Positions 28,134 to 38,807 of a stretch of 64,000 nt of DNA are shown in pieces. The DNA is from Longimicrobiales bacterium (GTDB taxonomy: Bacteria > Gemmatimonadota > Gemmatimonadetes > Longimicrobiales > Gaopeijiaceae). Made by a program: the position numbers and the translations under genes. The stretch covers positions 160,001 to 224,000 of the forward strand of contig CBDFIQ010000001.1 in NCBI GenBank assembly GCA_965248195.1, written 5' to 3'. The notes beneath the pieces were generated by a model, which was not told where the DNA came from, did not search any database, and worked only from the letters and a program-made list of their open reading frames with translations. Positions within the stretch are counted from its first letter, which is position 1; each line of letters begins with the position of its first letter.

Positions 28134-29642
28134 ATGAGACGAATATGGCTTACGGAAGGCAGGGGGCGACTACTTGCCCTCACGCTGGCCGCCGCGTCGA
28201 TCCTCCCTTTCACCGCTGCCTCGGCAGCCGTGGGCGCATCACCTTCAGCCAGCGTCGTCGACGCACACCAGCTCGAGATCGAGGGCACCGCAACGGCCCT
28301 ACAGCTCGGCAACGCCTTCGCAGCGGTGGCCGACGCCGTTCGGCCCGCCGTCGTCTTCATCATGGTCGAGACGGTGACTACGGGCCTCCGGATGCCGCCG
28401 GCCATGCCGACAAGTCTGCGGGGTGCCTTCGCCGGCGCCTTTCCCCGCGCCACAACGTCCAGCGGAACCGGATTCATCGTCCTTTCAAACGGCTACATCG
28501 TCACCAATCATCACGTCATCGACGGCGCACGTCGCGTTCTCGTCCGTCTCTTCGACGGTCGTGAGTACGAAGCCGAGATCGTCGGGGAGGACGCCCTGAG
28601 CGACATCGCGGTCCTGCGGATCGACGAGACGAATCTGCCGACGGCGTCCCTGGGGGACTCCGACCAGATTCGGGTGGGCGAGTGGGTCCTGGCCATCGGC
28701 AACCCCATGGGCAACGCGCTGATGTTCAGCGTGACGGCGGGGATCGTGAGCGCGACCGACCGCTCCATGGGCCCGGGCTCGGTGGAGGAGTTCATCCAGA
28801 CCGACGCCGTGGCCAACCGCGGCAACTCGGGGGGCCCGCTTGTGGACCTTCACGGACGCATCATCGGCATGAACTCCGCCATCCTGAGCTGGTCCGGATA
28901 TTACCAGGGGTACACCTTGGCCATCCCGGCCAACCTGATCCTCCCGGTGATATCGGAGCTGATCGAGCGGGGACATGTCACACGGGGCGTCCTGGGCGCC
29001 ACCACCTTGCTAGCGACCGCGGAGGACGCTCTCGCGGTCGGCCTCGACACGGTCTGTGGCGTCGTGGTGCAGGACGTGGGGGACGAGAACAGCCCGGCGT
29101 ACCTCTCCGGACTCCGACCGGGCGACGTGATCGTCGAATTAGACGGCCGCCTCGTGATGTCCGCGGCCCAGCTGCAACGGAGCGTCTGGTTCAAGGCACC
29201 AGGAGACAGCGTGGTCCTGAGGGTGCACCGGGAAGACGGCATCCGCGCGACCGTGACGGTGTATCTGGGCGCCGAGAAAACCGACGATCGTACGGCTTCC
29301 GCTCGGGCGGAGCACCACCAGCGTGATGTGGAGGTGCCGTGCGCGAACAACCCACTGGGTGTCTGCCTGGTAGCGTTCGAGAAGGCGTTCCGCCTGCCGA
29401 GGGATGTCATCGACCTGAAGGACGCCGGACTCGTGGTCACGGGCGTCCAACCGGCCGGCCCGTCCTATGGCAAGATCTTCGCCGACTACGACATCATCAC
29501 CCACGTGAACGACGTGCGCGTGCGCTCCGAGCGTGAGCTTGAGGACGCACTGCGCGACGCTGCTGAGGGTGACATCGTGTCCGTCCAGACCTACCGCCTC
29601 CGCTCGGAGAAAACCGGCTTCGCCCGAATCCGGATTCGTTGA
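28134..29642 (+). CDS. HtrA/DegP-like periplasmic serine protease with PDZ domains
   Basis: Signal peptide. Catalytic triad in TNHHV, DIAVL and GNSGGPL. GLRPGDVI PDZ plus a second degenerate PDZ. Confidence 0.93.
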   Translation: MRRIWLTEGRGRLLALTLAAASILPFTAASAAVGASPSASVVDAHQLEIEGTATALQLGNAFAAVADAVRPAVVFIMVETVTTGLRMPPAMPTSLRGAFAGAFPRATTSSGTGFIVLSNGYIVTNHHVIDGARRVLVRLFDGREYEAEIVGEDALSDIAVLRIDETNLPTASLGDSDQIRVGEWVLAIGNPMGNALMFSVTAGIVSATDRSMGPGSVEEFIQTDAVANRGNSGGPLVDLHGRIIGMNSAILSWSGYYQGYTLAIPANLILPVISELIERGHVTRGVLGATTLLATAEDALAVGLDTVCGVVVQDVGDENSPAYLSGLRPGDVIVELDGRLVMSAAQLQRSVWFKAPGDSVVLRVHREDGIRATVTVYLGAEKTDDRTASARAEHHQRDVEVPCANNPLGVCLVAFEKAFRLPRDVIDLKDAGLVVTGVQPAGPSYGKIFADYDIITHVNDVRVRSERELEDALRDAAEGDIVSVQTYRLRSEKTGFARIRIR

Positions 29643-29663
29643 GGCGCACCTAGGGTAGTCCAA

Positions 29664-30050
29664 CTAGGGGAAGTTCGGGTTGGGCGCCATCGAGACGAGT
29701 ACCACGAGCTGCCCATCGCTGCGGTTTTCCACGCCGTGCGCTTCATCGGGCACGGACCAAGCGAGGTGGCCGGGCCCGACGGTGCGCGTGGCATCCCCGA
29801 CGGTGAAGGTGCCCTCGCCCTCGATCACGTAGTAGAACTTCGTGGCTCCGGCGTGTGCGTGCAGCTTCTGCGCCTGGCCTGGCTCGAGGCAGTACACATC
29901 ACAAAACATCTGTGGCGTCTCGAACAGGTTCACCTTCTGCATCTTATCCGCCGCGAAGCGACGGAAGGCGCTCGTGTCCAGGAATCCCATGAGTGCAGTG
30001 TAGCGCCCCGAGGAAGACGTCGCACGGATCTGGGTCCCGACCAGGCTCAT
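29664..30050 (-). CDS. Cupin domain protein
   Basis: LEPGQAQKLHAH, YYVIEGEG and HGVEN motifs. Start either 30050 (ATGA overlap) or 29990. Confidence 0.85.
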   Translation of the reverse strand: MSLVGTQIRATSSSGRYTALMGFLDTSAFRRFAADKMQKVNLFETPQMFCDVYCLEPGQAQKLHAHAGATKFYYVIEGEGTFTVGDATRTVGPGHLAWSVPDEAHGVENRSDGQLVVLVSMAPNPNFP

Positions 30051-30529
30051 GGGGTAGGTTCTCTTCCCCCCCGCCGGAGCTCTGGCTCGTCCCCGCGCAC
30101 GAGCCGTGTGTCGAGCTCGAGGCGAGGCACGTCGGCGACTCCCAGCCACGAGCGCGGGTCCTCGTCCCGGCGACGTTCGACGAGCTCGCGGCAGCGAGCC
30201 GCGTGGGCGAGCACGGCGTCGACGTCGACACCCAGGTAGTATGGCCGGTACCCGGCCAGCTTCCGCTCTGCCTTCTCGAGCTGCGCGCCGACGCCGCGTG
30301 CGTTGCCCCTCTGGGCGTGTACGAACGCGCTGGCGTAGAGGATCAAGCCCTGGTAGAAGTCGCTCCCCTCCTCGCGCCATGGGCCCTCGAGCACCTCGTG
30401 GCTCTCCCAGTACTCCCGCGCATTGAAGAGCTCGAGAAAGCGGTGCAGCGCCTGAGGAAGGTCCTGGCGGTCAGGGCCGCCGCCCTTCGTTTCAGGGTCT
30501 GGCGGTGTCGGGCCTCGTCGACGACGCAT
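30047..30529 (-). CDS. DUF309 domain protein
   Basis: LFNAREYWESHEVLEGPW and FYQGLI motifs. Confidence 0.8.
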   Translation of the reverse strand: MRRRRGPTPPDPETKGGGPDRQDLPQALHRFLELFNAREYWESHEVLEGPWREEGSDFYQGLILYASAFVHAQRGNARGVGAQLEKAERKLAGYRPYYLGVDVDAVLAHAARCRELVERRRDEDPRSWLGVADVPRLELDTRLVRGDEPELRRGGREPTP

Positions 30530-30573
30530 AGCAACACATCTCGACCAGCGGATTGGTCAGCAGCGTGGGAGGT

Positions 30574-31740
30574 CTAGGGAACCACGAACCGTCTGCTGCT
30601 TCCCCCAGTGGCGTTGTCCTGGGTGGCTGGATCGGGACCGCGGCCTTCGGCGAATGCCCTCTCCACCGCCCGCGTGTTCACGAGCAGACCGGTCATCCCA
30701 TAATTACCCTCATGACAGCCTCCCTCATACACTTGATTCGCCTCATCACTGTTCTTCGTCAGCTCTTGCAGGATGGTCCAGGGTCGCGTCCACGTCCTGG
30801 GATCTTCAATCGTAATTTCGACCGAGAGCGTAGTATCATCGACACGCCGATAGCGTTCGATGAGATGCAAGTTCTCCCGGGAGCCTCGAAAGCTAGTCTT
30901 CTCGGTGAAATTAGTGATCTCGACGACCAGCGTATTACCCTCCCATCGGCCACGCGCGTCGCCGTGGCGCAGCCGAATGTGCTCTGGCAATGACGGACGA
31001 TCCGTGATAGGAATGCTCCGGCTGAATCCCTGTCCCTGGCCGACGTCATAGTAGATCCCGACGATCCCAGGAGACTGCACGACCCGCATCACCCCGCCGA
31101 ACGTTCCGGACTGGAGCACGAGTGGCAGGCTGTTTCCGAAACAGCGCTCCGCACTGCTGCGGTCTTCCGGGCCGTCGGAGCGGTTCAAGCGATCCAAGTT
31201 GTAGTCGGGAGAAGGCTCCGCTCTCCTCGGTGACACAGGTCCCGGCCTCCCCCCCGAGGTGCCTTGCAGAAGGGCGCCCAGATACTCTCGTTTGGTGGCT
31301 CTCCTCTGCTCGGCCTCTTGCGCCAAAGGCGGAATTCTCCCGTCCGGAGGATCGATCACCTGCGATGTCCGCTTGCCCCGAACCAAGGATGGGTCGCCGA
31401 ACCAGTGCTCGTTGTAAGCCTGGGCGACGTCCGCTTCACTCCCCGCCTGGTCGCGGGCGTCACGACCGAGACCCTGAGATATGTCGAAGAGTGCTCGTTC
31501 GGCTGCCGCGATTTCCTCTTCGGTCAGAAACTCCCTCGTGCCATACTCTTCGGCGCGCTCCAGGGGCGTCACGGCCGCATTGTTCCAGATCCCCTGGAGG
31601 TCCGGCTCACCCCACGGCGTGCGGAGCGAGGACGCCAGTTGGGCCTGCTGAGACGCCACCGACACGAGCCCTAACAACACGAACATGATCACGACAGCCA
31701 GCGCGCTCGCTAACGCAAACTCCTGATCCCTCATCGTCAT
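30574..31740 (-). CDS. Exported hypothetical protein (PDLQGIW family)
   Basis: Signal peptide, TPWGEPDLQGIW, GRWEGNTLVVE, IEDPRTWTRPW, CHEGN. Confidence 0.75.
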   Translation of the reverse strand: MTMRDQEFALASALAVVIMFVLLGLVSVASQQAQLASSLRTPWGEPDLQGIWNNAAVTPLERAEEYGTREFLTEEEIAAAERALFDISQGLGRDARDQAGSEADVAQAYNEHWFGDPSLVRGKRTSQVIDPPDGRIPPLAQEAEQRRATKREYLGALLQGTSGGRPGPVSPRRAEPSPDYNLDRLNRSDGPEDRSSAERCFGNSLPLVLQSGTFGGVMRVVQSPGIVGIYYDVGQGQGFSRSIPITDRPSLPEHIRLRHGDARGRWEGNTLVVEITNFTEKTSFRGSRENLHLIERYRRVDDTTLSVEITIEDPRTWTRPWTILQELTKNSDEANQVYEGGCHEGNYGMTGLLVNTRAVERAFAEGRGPDPATQDNATGGSSRRFVVP

Positions 31741-32156
31741 CGGGGGGCACCGGTACCGGACGAACCGACGAACAATGTGCGTCCATCAGGCAGCGTGATA
31801 TCCCTCCCGTTTGCTCTCCGCGACCCGTCCTTGGCCTGATAACCATCAATGACGATTTCTGTTCCTGGTGGCAGTGACTGCCTCGTGATGCCTCGTCTAA
31901 ACAGCACGTTCGGCGTCCCTGCTTCGATGGCCCACTCCTCGACTGTGCCGTTCGGCTGCTGCACTTCCACGTGGATCCAAGCGTGAGGATTGACCCACTG
32001 CACGCGAAAGACGGTCGCCTTCTCGAACCTCACGGGCTTGTCGGCATCAAATTCCGCGGAAAATGCATGATGCGCCGGCGCGGGCGCCGTGGTGAGAGCC
32101 AGCAGCGCGACGAGACCGGCACCCACACGGGTTGCACGGATCAGCTTTACTCGCAT
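31737..32156 (-). CDS. DUF6152 family protein
   Basis: Signal peptide ending AHHAFSAEFD, WVNPHAWI motif. ATGA overlap with the downstream gene. Confidence 0.8.
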   Translation of the reverse strand: MRVKLIRATRVGAGLVALLALTTAPAPAHHAFSAEFDADKPVRFEKATVFRVQWVNPHAWIHVEVQQPNGTVEEWAIEAGTPNVLFRRGITRQSLPPGTEIVIDGYQAKDGSRRANGRDITLPDGRTLFVGSSGTGAPR

Positions 32157-32167
32157 CGGATCGCCTC

Positions 32168-33145
32168 CTATGGTTGCCTAGGCGGGTTTCCGGACCAGTG
32201 ACGTTCGTACAACACTTGCTCATCCTGTGGGATCTTGCGCGTGATGTCGACGATCATAGTCTGGCCCTCCCACCGGTTGACCAACTGTTCCTTGCGAAGA
32301 TGGCCATACAGCGTCTCTTCAACCATCTCGGTGCAACGGAACTCCAGCAGTCGAGCATTCTCCTCCAGACGACGGTAGAGCGGCATGGTGATTGTCCACG
32401 GCCGGGTGAACACCTTGGGATCCTCGATGGTGGCTTCGTAGCTGATGGCGTCGGGACTGATGAGGGTGTATCGCTCGACGACATGCAAGGCATCGCTGTG
32501 GAAATTGCCGGCCCGGTCGAGCCACGTGTTCGCCGTGAACGTCGATACGTCGACGACCAAGGTCTCCCCCTCCCATCGGCCGACCGAGTGTCCCATGAAC
32601 GCTTCGCCGGGATACCCCTCGACTTCATCCAAGTGAATGAAACGTTGGGCACCTCCAAACTCGAAGAGCATCATGAGCCGGTTAGTGCTCTGAATGATTT
32701 GAAACGGATAGGGGAGATACATGGCCCGAGGCACACCTGGCATAAAACACTTCAGCTCCGGGTCGCGGTCCAGCCAGTGCTCGGCGTTTTCTCTCTGTCT
32801 CGCTGCAGCCCATGGCTGGTAAGGAATCTCATCACCCTCCACCACCCCGAGCCCCGGAGGGACCCAGCCCGCCGAACCCAGAGCCACCACGGGTGCTGCG
32901 AGCACCGGGTAATCACTGTACACTCCCGGTTGCGCCACCATTGGACGCGCTAGATGAGTTTGCAGGTCCCAGTTCGCCGTGTTGTTCGCCTGCCAAATGC
33001 CACTGAAGTCGGGCTTCCCGTCCGCCGTACGTGGAATCTGAGAGGCCGGAGCCTGCCCTGAAGTCGGCCCACAGGCCACCCAGATCAGGGGCATGAGGGC
33101 GATCGTCGCAATCGCTATCAGCGAGTTTCTCAACAGGTGCTGCAT
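32168..33145 (-). CDS. Exported hypothetical protein/lipoprotein (PDFSGIW family, paralogue of 30574-31740)
   Basis: RTADGKPDFSGIW, CFMPGVPR, GRWEGETLVVD, IEDPKVFTRPW. Confidence 0.75.
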   Translation of the reverse strand: MQHLLRNSLIAIATIALMPLIWVACGPTSGQAPASQIPRTADGKPDFSGIWQANNTANWDLQTHLARPMVAQPGVYSDYPVLAAPVVALGSAGWVPPGLGVVEGDEIPYQPWAAARQRENAEHWLDRDPELKCFMPGVPRAMYLPYPFQIIQSTNRLMMLFEFGGAQRFIHLDEVEGYPGEAFMGHSVGRWEGETLVVDVSTFTANTWLDRAGNFHSDALHVVERYTLISPDAISYEATIEDPKVFTRPWTITMPLYRRLEENARLLEFRCTEMVEETLYGHLRKEQLVNRWEGQTMIVDITRKIPQDEQVLYERHWSGNPPRQP

Positions 33146-33461
33146 GCGATAGAGCCCCCTCTCAAACCGTCAAATACCCGGCCCGCAGGCGCCTGAAACA
33201 GTCGACTACACCCAGTTCCTCTCGTCGCACTGTATAGCTCCGACCACCTCGAAGTCAACAATGGGACACGGTGGCGGGGTCGAAATCGCGGGCCGCGGAT
33301 CTGGTCCGATGGCTACACGTAGCGGCCACCTCACATTCGCGAGGCGGAGCAGCCGACCTCCGCGTACATTGAGAACCTCCGGAAGGCGACGCGAGCATTG
33401 CGAACGCCGCGAACGACCGCCCGATTTGAGAGTCGTCGGGGCCCCTAAATTCGACGCGACC

Positions 33462-34403
33462 ATGGACACAGATCAGCGCCTGGACGCCCTGGTAGCGCCC
33501 CTCCGCGCAGATGTCGTGTCTGGCGCATCGGTGGTCGGAAGGATGGCCGCGGAAGTGCTTTGCCGAGCTGCGATGCATGCACAGGCGGGCTCGCTCGAGG
33601 AGTACCGTTCGGAGTTGGGCGAGGTATCCGGGAAGATGCTCGACGCCCAACCTGCGATGGCACCGCTGGTCACGCTCGTGCGAGACGTGCTCGCCTCCGT
33701 GGAGGCCTCCGCAGATCTCGAGACCGGTCGCCAGGCCGCAGTCCGAGCCGCCGAAGCGTTCGGGAGCGGTCTCGAGCTGCGGGCTGAGTCCGTCGCCACA
33801 CGCGCCGCCGCGTTGATTCCATCGGGAGGTACCGTGGCCACGATCTCGTCTTCTTCGACGGTGCGAGCGACGCTGACCCATGAGCGGGCGCGGGCCGTCG
33901 GGCGGGTGATATGCTTCGAGAGCCGACCGATGCGGGAGGGAGAGATCTTCGCCACCGCCCTGGCGAAGGCGGGGGTGGCGGTGACGTTTGCTGTCGACGC
34001 CGCCGCCTCGACGCTCATGGGCGAGTGCGACACCGTGCTGCTGGGTGCGGACTCGATCGGTGACTTGGGAGTCGTGAACAAGATCGGCTCCGCCGGATTG
34101 GTCGACGCTGCGATGAGACGTGAGGTGCCGGTCATGGTGGTATCCGATGAAACGAAGATCCTGCCGACCGGATTCCCTCAGCACCTCGCCGACGACCGTC
34201 CCCCTGAGGAAGTCTGGAGGGCACCAGCCGGTGTGCGCGTGTGGAATCGGTACTTCGAACCGTTCGAGCTCGAACGGGTGACGGTGGTGGTGACCGAGTC
34301 AGCCGCACTCACCCCACTGGAAGTCGAAGAACTGCGCAAAGGCCTCGTGCTGCCAGCCGGCCTCCTGATGTGGGCCGACGCCCGTGCGCGTCGGACACCA
34401 TGA
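33462..34403 (+). CDS. eIF-2B/IF-2B family protein (sugar-phosphate isomerase-like)
   Basis: SGAS, QPAMA, ESRPMREG, LLGAD, NKIGS and NRYFE motifs. Confidence 0.82.
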   Translation: MDTDQRLDALVAPLRADVVSGASVVGRMAAEVLCRAAMHAQAGSLEEYRSELGEVSGKMLDAQPAMAPLVTLVRDVLASVEASADLETGRQAAVRAAEAFGSGLELRAESVATRAAALIPSGGTVATISSSSTVRATLTHERARAVGRVICFESRPMREGEIFATALAKAGVAVTFAVDAAASTLMGECDTVLLGADSIGDLGVVNKIGSAGLVDAAMRREVPVMVVSDETKILPTGFPQHLADDRPPEEVWRAPAGVRVWNRYFEPFELERVTVVVTESAALTPLEVEELRKGLVLPAGLLMWADARARRTP

Positions 34404-34882
34404 CCTCGGCCCCCTTCGACGAACATCGCGACGTCGTGCGTCCCGAGTGGATCGACGACAACGGCCATCTAAACATGGGCTACTACGTGGTGGCCTTCGA
34501 CCGGGCCACCGACACTTGGCTCGACTACATCGGCCTGTCCGCCAGCGAAAAGGCGCGGTCGGGTGCCACCACCTTCACACTCGAATCACACGTGAACTAC
34601 CTGCGGGAGGTGCGAGAGGCGGCCCCGCTGCGATTCACGACGAGGCTGCTAGCGTTCGACCAGAAGCGGATCCACTACTTCCACGAGATGCACCACGCGA
34701 CGGACGGGTTCCTGGCCGCCACCAACGAGCTCATGTCTCTTCACGTGAACCTGGCTACGCGACGCGCGGCGCCCATGACGGCAGACGTGCTCGCTCGGCT
34801 AGCAGACGTCTTGAGCCTGCACGGGACACTACCGGTTCCTCCACAGGTCGGGCGCCGAATCGGACTCGACTCCGGGTCTTGA
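34400..34882 (+). CDS. Hot-dog fold acyl-CoA thioesterase
   Basis: [13 protein letters not shown] and [12 protein letters not shown] motifs. ATGA overlap. Confidence 0.88.
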   Translation: MTSAPFDEHRDVVRPEWIDDNGHLNMGYYVVAFDRATDTWLDYIGLSASEKARSGATTFTLESHVNYLREVREAAPLRFTTRLLAFDQKRIHYFHEMHHATDGFLAATNELMSLHVNLATRRAAPMTADVLARLADVLSLHGTLPVPPQVGRRIGLDSGS

Positions 34883-34970
34883 GGTCTCATCGCCTGAGTG
34901 CCCATTCGTACTGACGCCCCAACAAACTGCATTTGCCACCCAGCGGCTACGTCTCCAGTATTCCGGAACG

Positions 34971-37244
34971 GTGACCGCCGGGAGGTGGCCGCTCAAGAAT
35001 CCTGATCACAGTCTTGCTGAGGGACTCGGGATGGAAATCACCCACCGGAGGGCCGGAGTGACTCGTGACGTAAGAAGCGCGTTGGCCTGCATCCTCGCCG
35101 CCATGGCGCTTCCCGTGGCTGGCTCGGCCCAACAGGCCTCGTTTACCGCGGCGCAGGCCGAGGCGGGAGCCGCCGTCTACCAGACCGCGTGCGCGGTGTG
35201 TCACTTGGCGAACCTGCAGGGGTCTGGGGAGGCGCCACAGCTTGCGGGGACCGACTTTCGCACTTTTCGAGGAAACCGGCCCGCCGTGGCGCTGATGACC
35301 TACGTTCGTGCTACCATGCCCCCCGGTCAGGAGGGGTCGCTCACCGAGGAAGAGTACGCTGCGGTCACGGCGTATATCATGCGTGAGAATGGTGTCGCTC
35401 AGGGCTCGGCTCCGCTCAGCCTCGCCTCCCGGGGATCTCTCGTCCTCGGTGGGGGGGCCGTGGCCGCGCTTGGGCCGGGCGGAATCATCCCGCCTGTTCC
35501 GGGACGACCGGGAACCGGACCCTCACCGGGGGGAGTGAACTCGCTGCCGGACTTCGGTTCCCTCTCGGAGACCCGAACGGGAGCCACCCGAACGTATGAG
35601 CGGATCGAGGACTTCGTACCGGTTTCGGACGCGGAGCTCCGCGACCCGGAGCCCGGTGATTGGCTCAACGCGCGGGGAAACCTCGAGTCGTGGGGATACA
35701 GCCCGCTCAATCAGATCAACACCGAGAACGTAGATCGGCTCGAGCTCGCGTGGGTCTGGGGGATGGAGGACGGGACCCGTAGCCAGCCAGCGCCCCTCGT
35801 ACACGACGGAGTGATGTTCCTGCCGAACTGGGGCAACACGATCCAAGCGCTGGACGCTACGACAGGCACCCTCCTGTGGGAGTACCGCAGGTCCTTCCCA
35901 GAGGGGATGTCGGGCGGTCGTGGCCGGGCGCGAACGATCGCGATCTCGGAGGACATGATCCTCGTGTCGACGAACGACGCGTACATGCTGGCCCTGGATG
36001 CGGCGACGGGTGAGGTCCGATGGGAGACCCGCGTGACGGCCGAGCCCGGGCTCGGCTTCGAGAACTCGAGCGGCCCCGTGATCGCCAATGGCAAGGCGAT
36101 CAACGGGATCAACGGGTGCACTCGCCTGATCAGAGAGAGCTGCTTCATCACGGCGCACGACCTCCGGACGGGACGTGAGCTCTGGCGAACCTACACGATC
36201 GCACGCCCTGGGGAGCCCGGCGGTGACACGTGGGGCGATCTTCCCCTAGAGCTCCGCGGCGGTGGGGACGTCTGGAATACCGGGAGCTACGATCCCGACC
36301 TCGGTTTGGTCTATTTCGGCGTCGCCCAGGCCAAGCCGTGGGCCTCAGCAAGCCGGGGGCTGACCATGGCGGACTCGGCGCTCTACACGAGCTCGACGCT
36401 GGCGCTGGACGAGAATACGGGAGAGATCGTTTGGTATCGCCAGCATGTACCCGCGGAGTCGCTCGACCTGGACGAGGGAATGGAGCAGGTTCTGCTCGAT
36501 GTCGAGGGCGTTCCAGCGCTTCTGACCATCGGAAAACACGGGGTGCTCTGGAAGCTGGACCGGCGCGACGGGAGCTTCCTCGGCGTCAAGGAGACCGTCT
36601 TTCAGAACATCCTGGACATCGACCCCGAGACCGGCACGGTCCAGTACCGGGCGGACATCCGGGACGCCCAGGTGGGGCAGTGGGTCTCCGTCTGTCCCTC
36701 GACAGCCGGCGGGAAGAATTGGCACGCTACCGGCTATCATCCGGGTACGGGCCTGATCGTTGTCCCGTTGAGCCAGAGCTGCATGGACTACTCCGCGCGC
36801 GCGGTCGAATTGGTAGAAGGCGGCGGGAGCAGCGGAGGGACTCGAGTCTGGTGGGAGATGCCCGAAACCGACGGCAACCTGGGCAAGCTCGGCGCCTACG
36901 ATGTCAGGACGATGGAGGAAGTATGGAGCGTGCAGCAGCGGGCGCCCTTCCTCACCTCCGCCCTGACCACGGGTGGAGGGCTCGTCTTCATGGGCGATTA
37001 CGACCGGTGGATTCGGGCGTTCGACGTAGCCACCGGTGAGCAGCTCTGGGAAACGCGGCTGGCCACCGCGGTCCAGGGTTATCCGATGACGTACGAGGTC
37101 GATGGTGTGCAGTACGTCGCGGTGCCCACCGGCGTCATCGGTGGCAGCCCCTGGAACGTCTCCCGGTTCCTCGCGCCCGAGATCCGCATTCCTCCCGGAA
37201 ACAGGCACAACGCGATGTATGTATTCCGGCTGAACGAACGGTAG
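34971..37244 (+). CDS. PQQ-dependent dehydrogenase with N-terminal cytochrome c domain
   Basis: Signal peptide, [17 protein letters not shown], repeated ALDAxTG..W propeller blades, [10 protein letters not shown]. True start probably 35030-35060. Confidence 0.88.
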   Translation: MTAGRWPLKNPDHSLAEGLGMEITHRRAGVTRDVRSALACILAAMALPVAGSAQQASFTAAQAEAGAAVYQTACAVCHLANLQGSGEAPQLAGTDFRTFRGNRPAVALMTYVRATMPPGQEGSLTEEEYAAVTAYIMRENGVAQGSAPLSLASRGSLVLGGGAVAALGPGGIIPPVPGRPGTGPSPGGVNSLPDFGSLSETRTGATRTYERIEDFVPVSDAELRDPEPGDWLNARGNLESWGYSPLNQINTENVDRLELAWVWGMEDGTRSQPAPLVHDGVMFLPNWGNTIQALDATTGTLLWEYRRSFPEGMSGGRGRARTIAISEDMILVSTNDAYMLALDAATGEVRWETRVTAEPGLGFENSSGPVIANGKAINGINGCTRLIRESCFITAHDLRTGRELWRTYTIARPGEPGGDTWGDLPLELRGGGDVWNTGSYDPDLGLVYFGVAQAKPWASASRGLTMADSALYTSSTLALDENTGEIVWYRQHVPAESLDLDEGMEQVLLDVEGVPALLTIGKHGVLWKLDRRDGSFLGVKETVFQNILDIDPETGTVQYRADIRDAQVGQWVSVCPSTAGGKNWHATGYHPGTGLIVVPLSQSCMDYSARAVELVEGGGSSGGTRVWWEMPETDGNLGKLGAYDVRTMEEVWSVQQRAPFLTSALTTGGGLVFMGDYDRWIRAFDVATGEQLWETRLATAVQGYPMTYEVDGVQYVAVPTGVIGGSPWNVSRFLAPEIRIPPGNRHNAMYVFRLNER

Positions 37245-37307
37245 GCGTCCCCTCAGACAGCCTTTCCCGCTCCTATTGGGTGCCAAGGTCGAAGGCCACC
37301 ACATCTG

Positions 37308-38783
37308 ATGGACAGACAGCCTCCAAATCCGAGCGCCGCTTCCAACCGTAACGTCTGGTTCATGGCGGCCGCGGTTGGCGTAATGTTGGCCCTCCACGCG
37401 CTTCCCACTCCGCCACCGCTCGAACGAAGCGGCGAGATCGTGGAGCTCACCACCGGCGGCAAAGCCACCATCGCCATCCTCGCTTTTGCCGTCGTGCTCT
37501 GGATCACAGAGGCCATTCCCTTCGCAGCCACCGCCTTGTTCGTGCTGTTGCTCCTTCCCGTCTTTGGAGTGAACAGCTATGCCGAAGCCGTCCAGCTCGG
37601 CTTCGGCCATCCCATCGTCACGTTTTTTATCGGTGTTCTCATTCTCTCGGCTGCATTCAGCCGCTCCGGGCTCGGCACGCGCATGGCACTTCTGATCCTG
37701 CACAAAGTGGGGACGCGCACCGACCGGGTGCTTCTGGGGTTCCTGGTCGCCGGTGCGTCGCTTTCGATGTGGATAACGGACATGGCCGTGGCCGCGATCC
37801 TTTTGCCCCTCGGCGTGAGCTTGCTCGAAGACGCCGGACTCGAGCGGCTCAAGAGCAATTTCGGTAGGGCGCTGATGATCGCGTGCGCCTTCGGCCCACT
37901 CATTGGCGGCATCGCAACCCCGGCCGGGGCGGGCGCCAATCCCATCGCTCTGAGCTATCTGAAGGATCTGGCCGGCATCGAGATCTCTTTCATCGAATGG
38001 ATGGCTTACGGGGTGCCCGCCGCAGCCCTCATGTTGCCCGGCGCCTGGCTCCTGCTTCTTTGGATCTTTCCTCCGGAGATCGAACGACTGCCGATCGAGC
38101 GCGAGGAGATCTCGGAGAAGCTGGCCGGGCTCGGTCCACTTCAGAGCGCGGAGATCAAGACCCTCGTCGTCTTCGCCATGACCATCTCGCTCTGGCTCGT
38201 GACACCTGCGCTGAACCGCTTCAGTGGAGGTGCTGTCAACCCGCCGCTCCAGGCGGTGGCGCTGTTCGGAGGCATCTGCCTGTTCCTTCCGAAGATGAAC
38301 GTGTTGAGCTGGAAGCAAGCGCAGCACGACGTGGATTGGGGCGGCATCGTGCTCATCGCAGCCGGCATCTCGCTGGGCATGACCGTCTTCGAAACGGGCG
38401 CGGCGCAGTGGCTGGCACTCGTGCTCATGGGCGAAATGGGCGTGGTGCCGGCGCTCCTGCGTCCCTTTTTGATCGTGCTCGCGGTCGCGACGCTTCACAT
38501 GTTGTTTTCCAGCAATACGGTGACGGGCACGATCATCCTGCCGATACTCATTGCGCTGGCGGCGAGTCTCGAGCTGGCCCCCTGGACGCTTGCCGGCCCA
38601 GCCGCCTTTACCTCGTCTTTGGCTTTCATCCTGGTCACGGAGACCCCGACGAACGTGATCCCCTACGCATCAGGCTATTTCTCGATCAAGGACATGGCCA
38701 AAGTCGGTATCCCCATGACGTTCATCGCGGCACTCTGCGTCGGTGTGTCCATGCTCACGGTAGGAGCCATCCTCGGCTCCTGA
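37308..38783 (+). CDS. SLC13/DASS family anion transporter
   Basis: LWITEAIP, GGIATPAG..NP, SNT, TPTNVI and DMAKVG motifs. About 12 or more TM segments. Confidence 0.9.
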   Translation: MDRQPPNPSAASNRNVWFMAAAVGVMLALHALPTPPPLERSGEIVELTTGGKATIAILAFAVVLWITEAIPFAATALFVLLLLPVFGVNSYAEAVQLGFGHPIVTFFIGVLILSAAFSRSGLGTRMALLILHKVGTRTDRVLLGFLVAGASLSMWITDMAVAAILLPLGVSLLEDAGLERLKSNFGRALMIACAFGPLIGGIATPAGAGANPIALSYLKDLAGIEISFIEWMAYGVPAAALMLPGAWLLLLWIFPPEIERLPIEREEISEKLAGLGPLQSAEIKTLVVFAMTISLWLVTPALNRFSGGAVNPPLQAVALFGGICLFLPKMNVLSWKQAQHDVDWGGIVLIAAGISLGMTVFETGAAQWLALVLMGEMGVVPALLRPFLIVLAVATLHMLFSSNTVTGTIILPILIALAASLELAPWTLAGPAAFTSSLAFILVTETPTNVIPYASGYFSIKDMAKVGIPMTFIAALCVGVSMLTVGAILGS

Positions 38784-38807
38784 ATCGAGCGCAAGAAAGG
38801 AACTTCT

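Noticed and set aside
36345..38498. Long minus-strand ORF (717 aa) and similar shadows (1535-2713, 6917-8299, 12357-13631)
   Set aside because: Antisense to well-supported genes, which is common in GC-rich DNA. No motifs.
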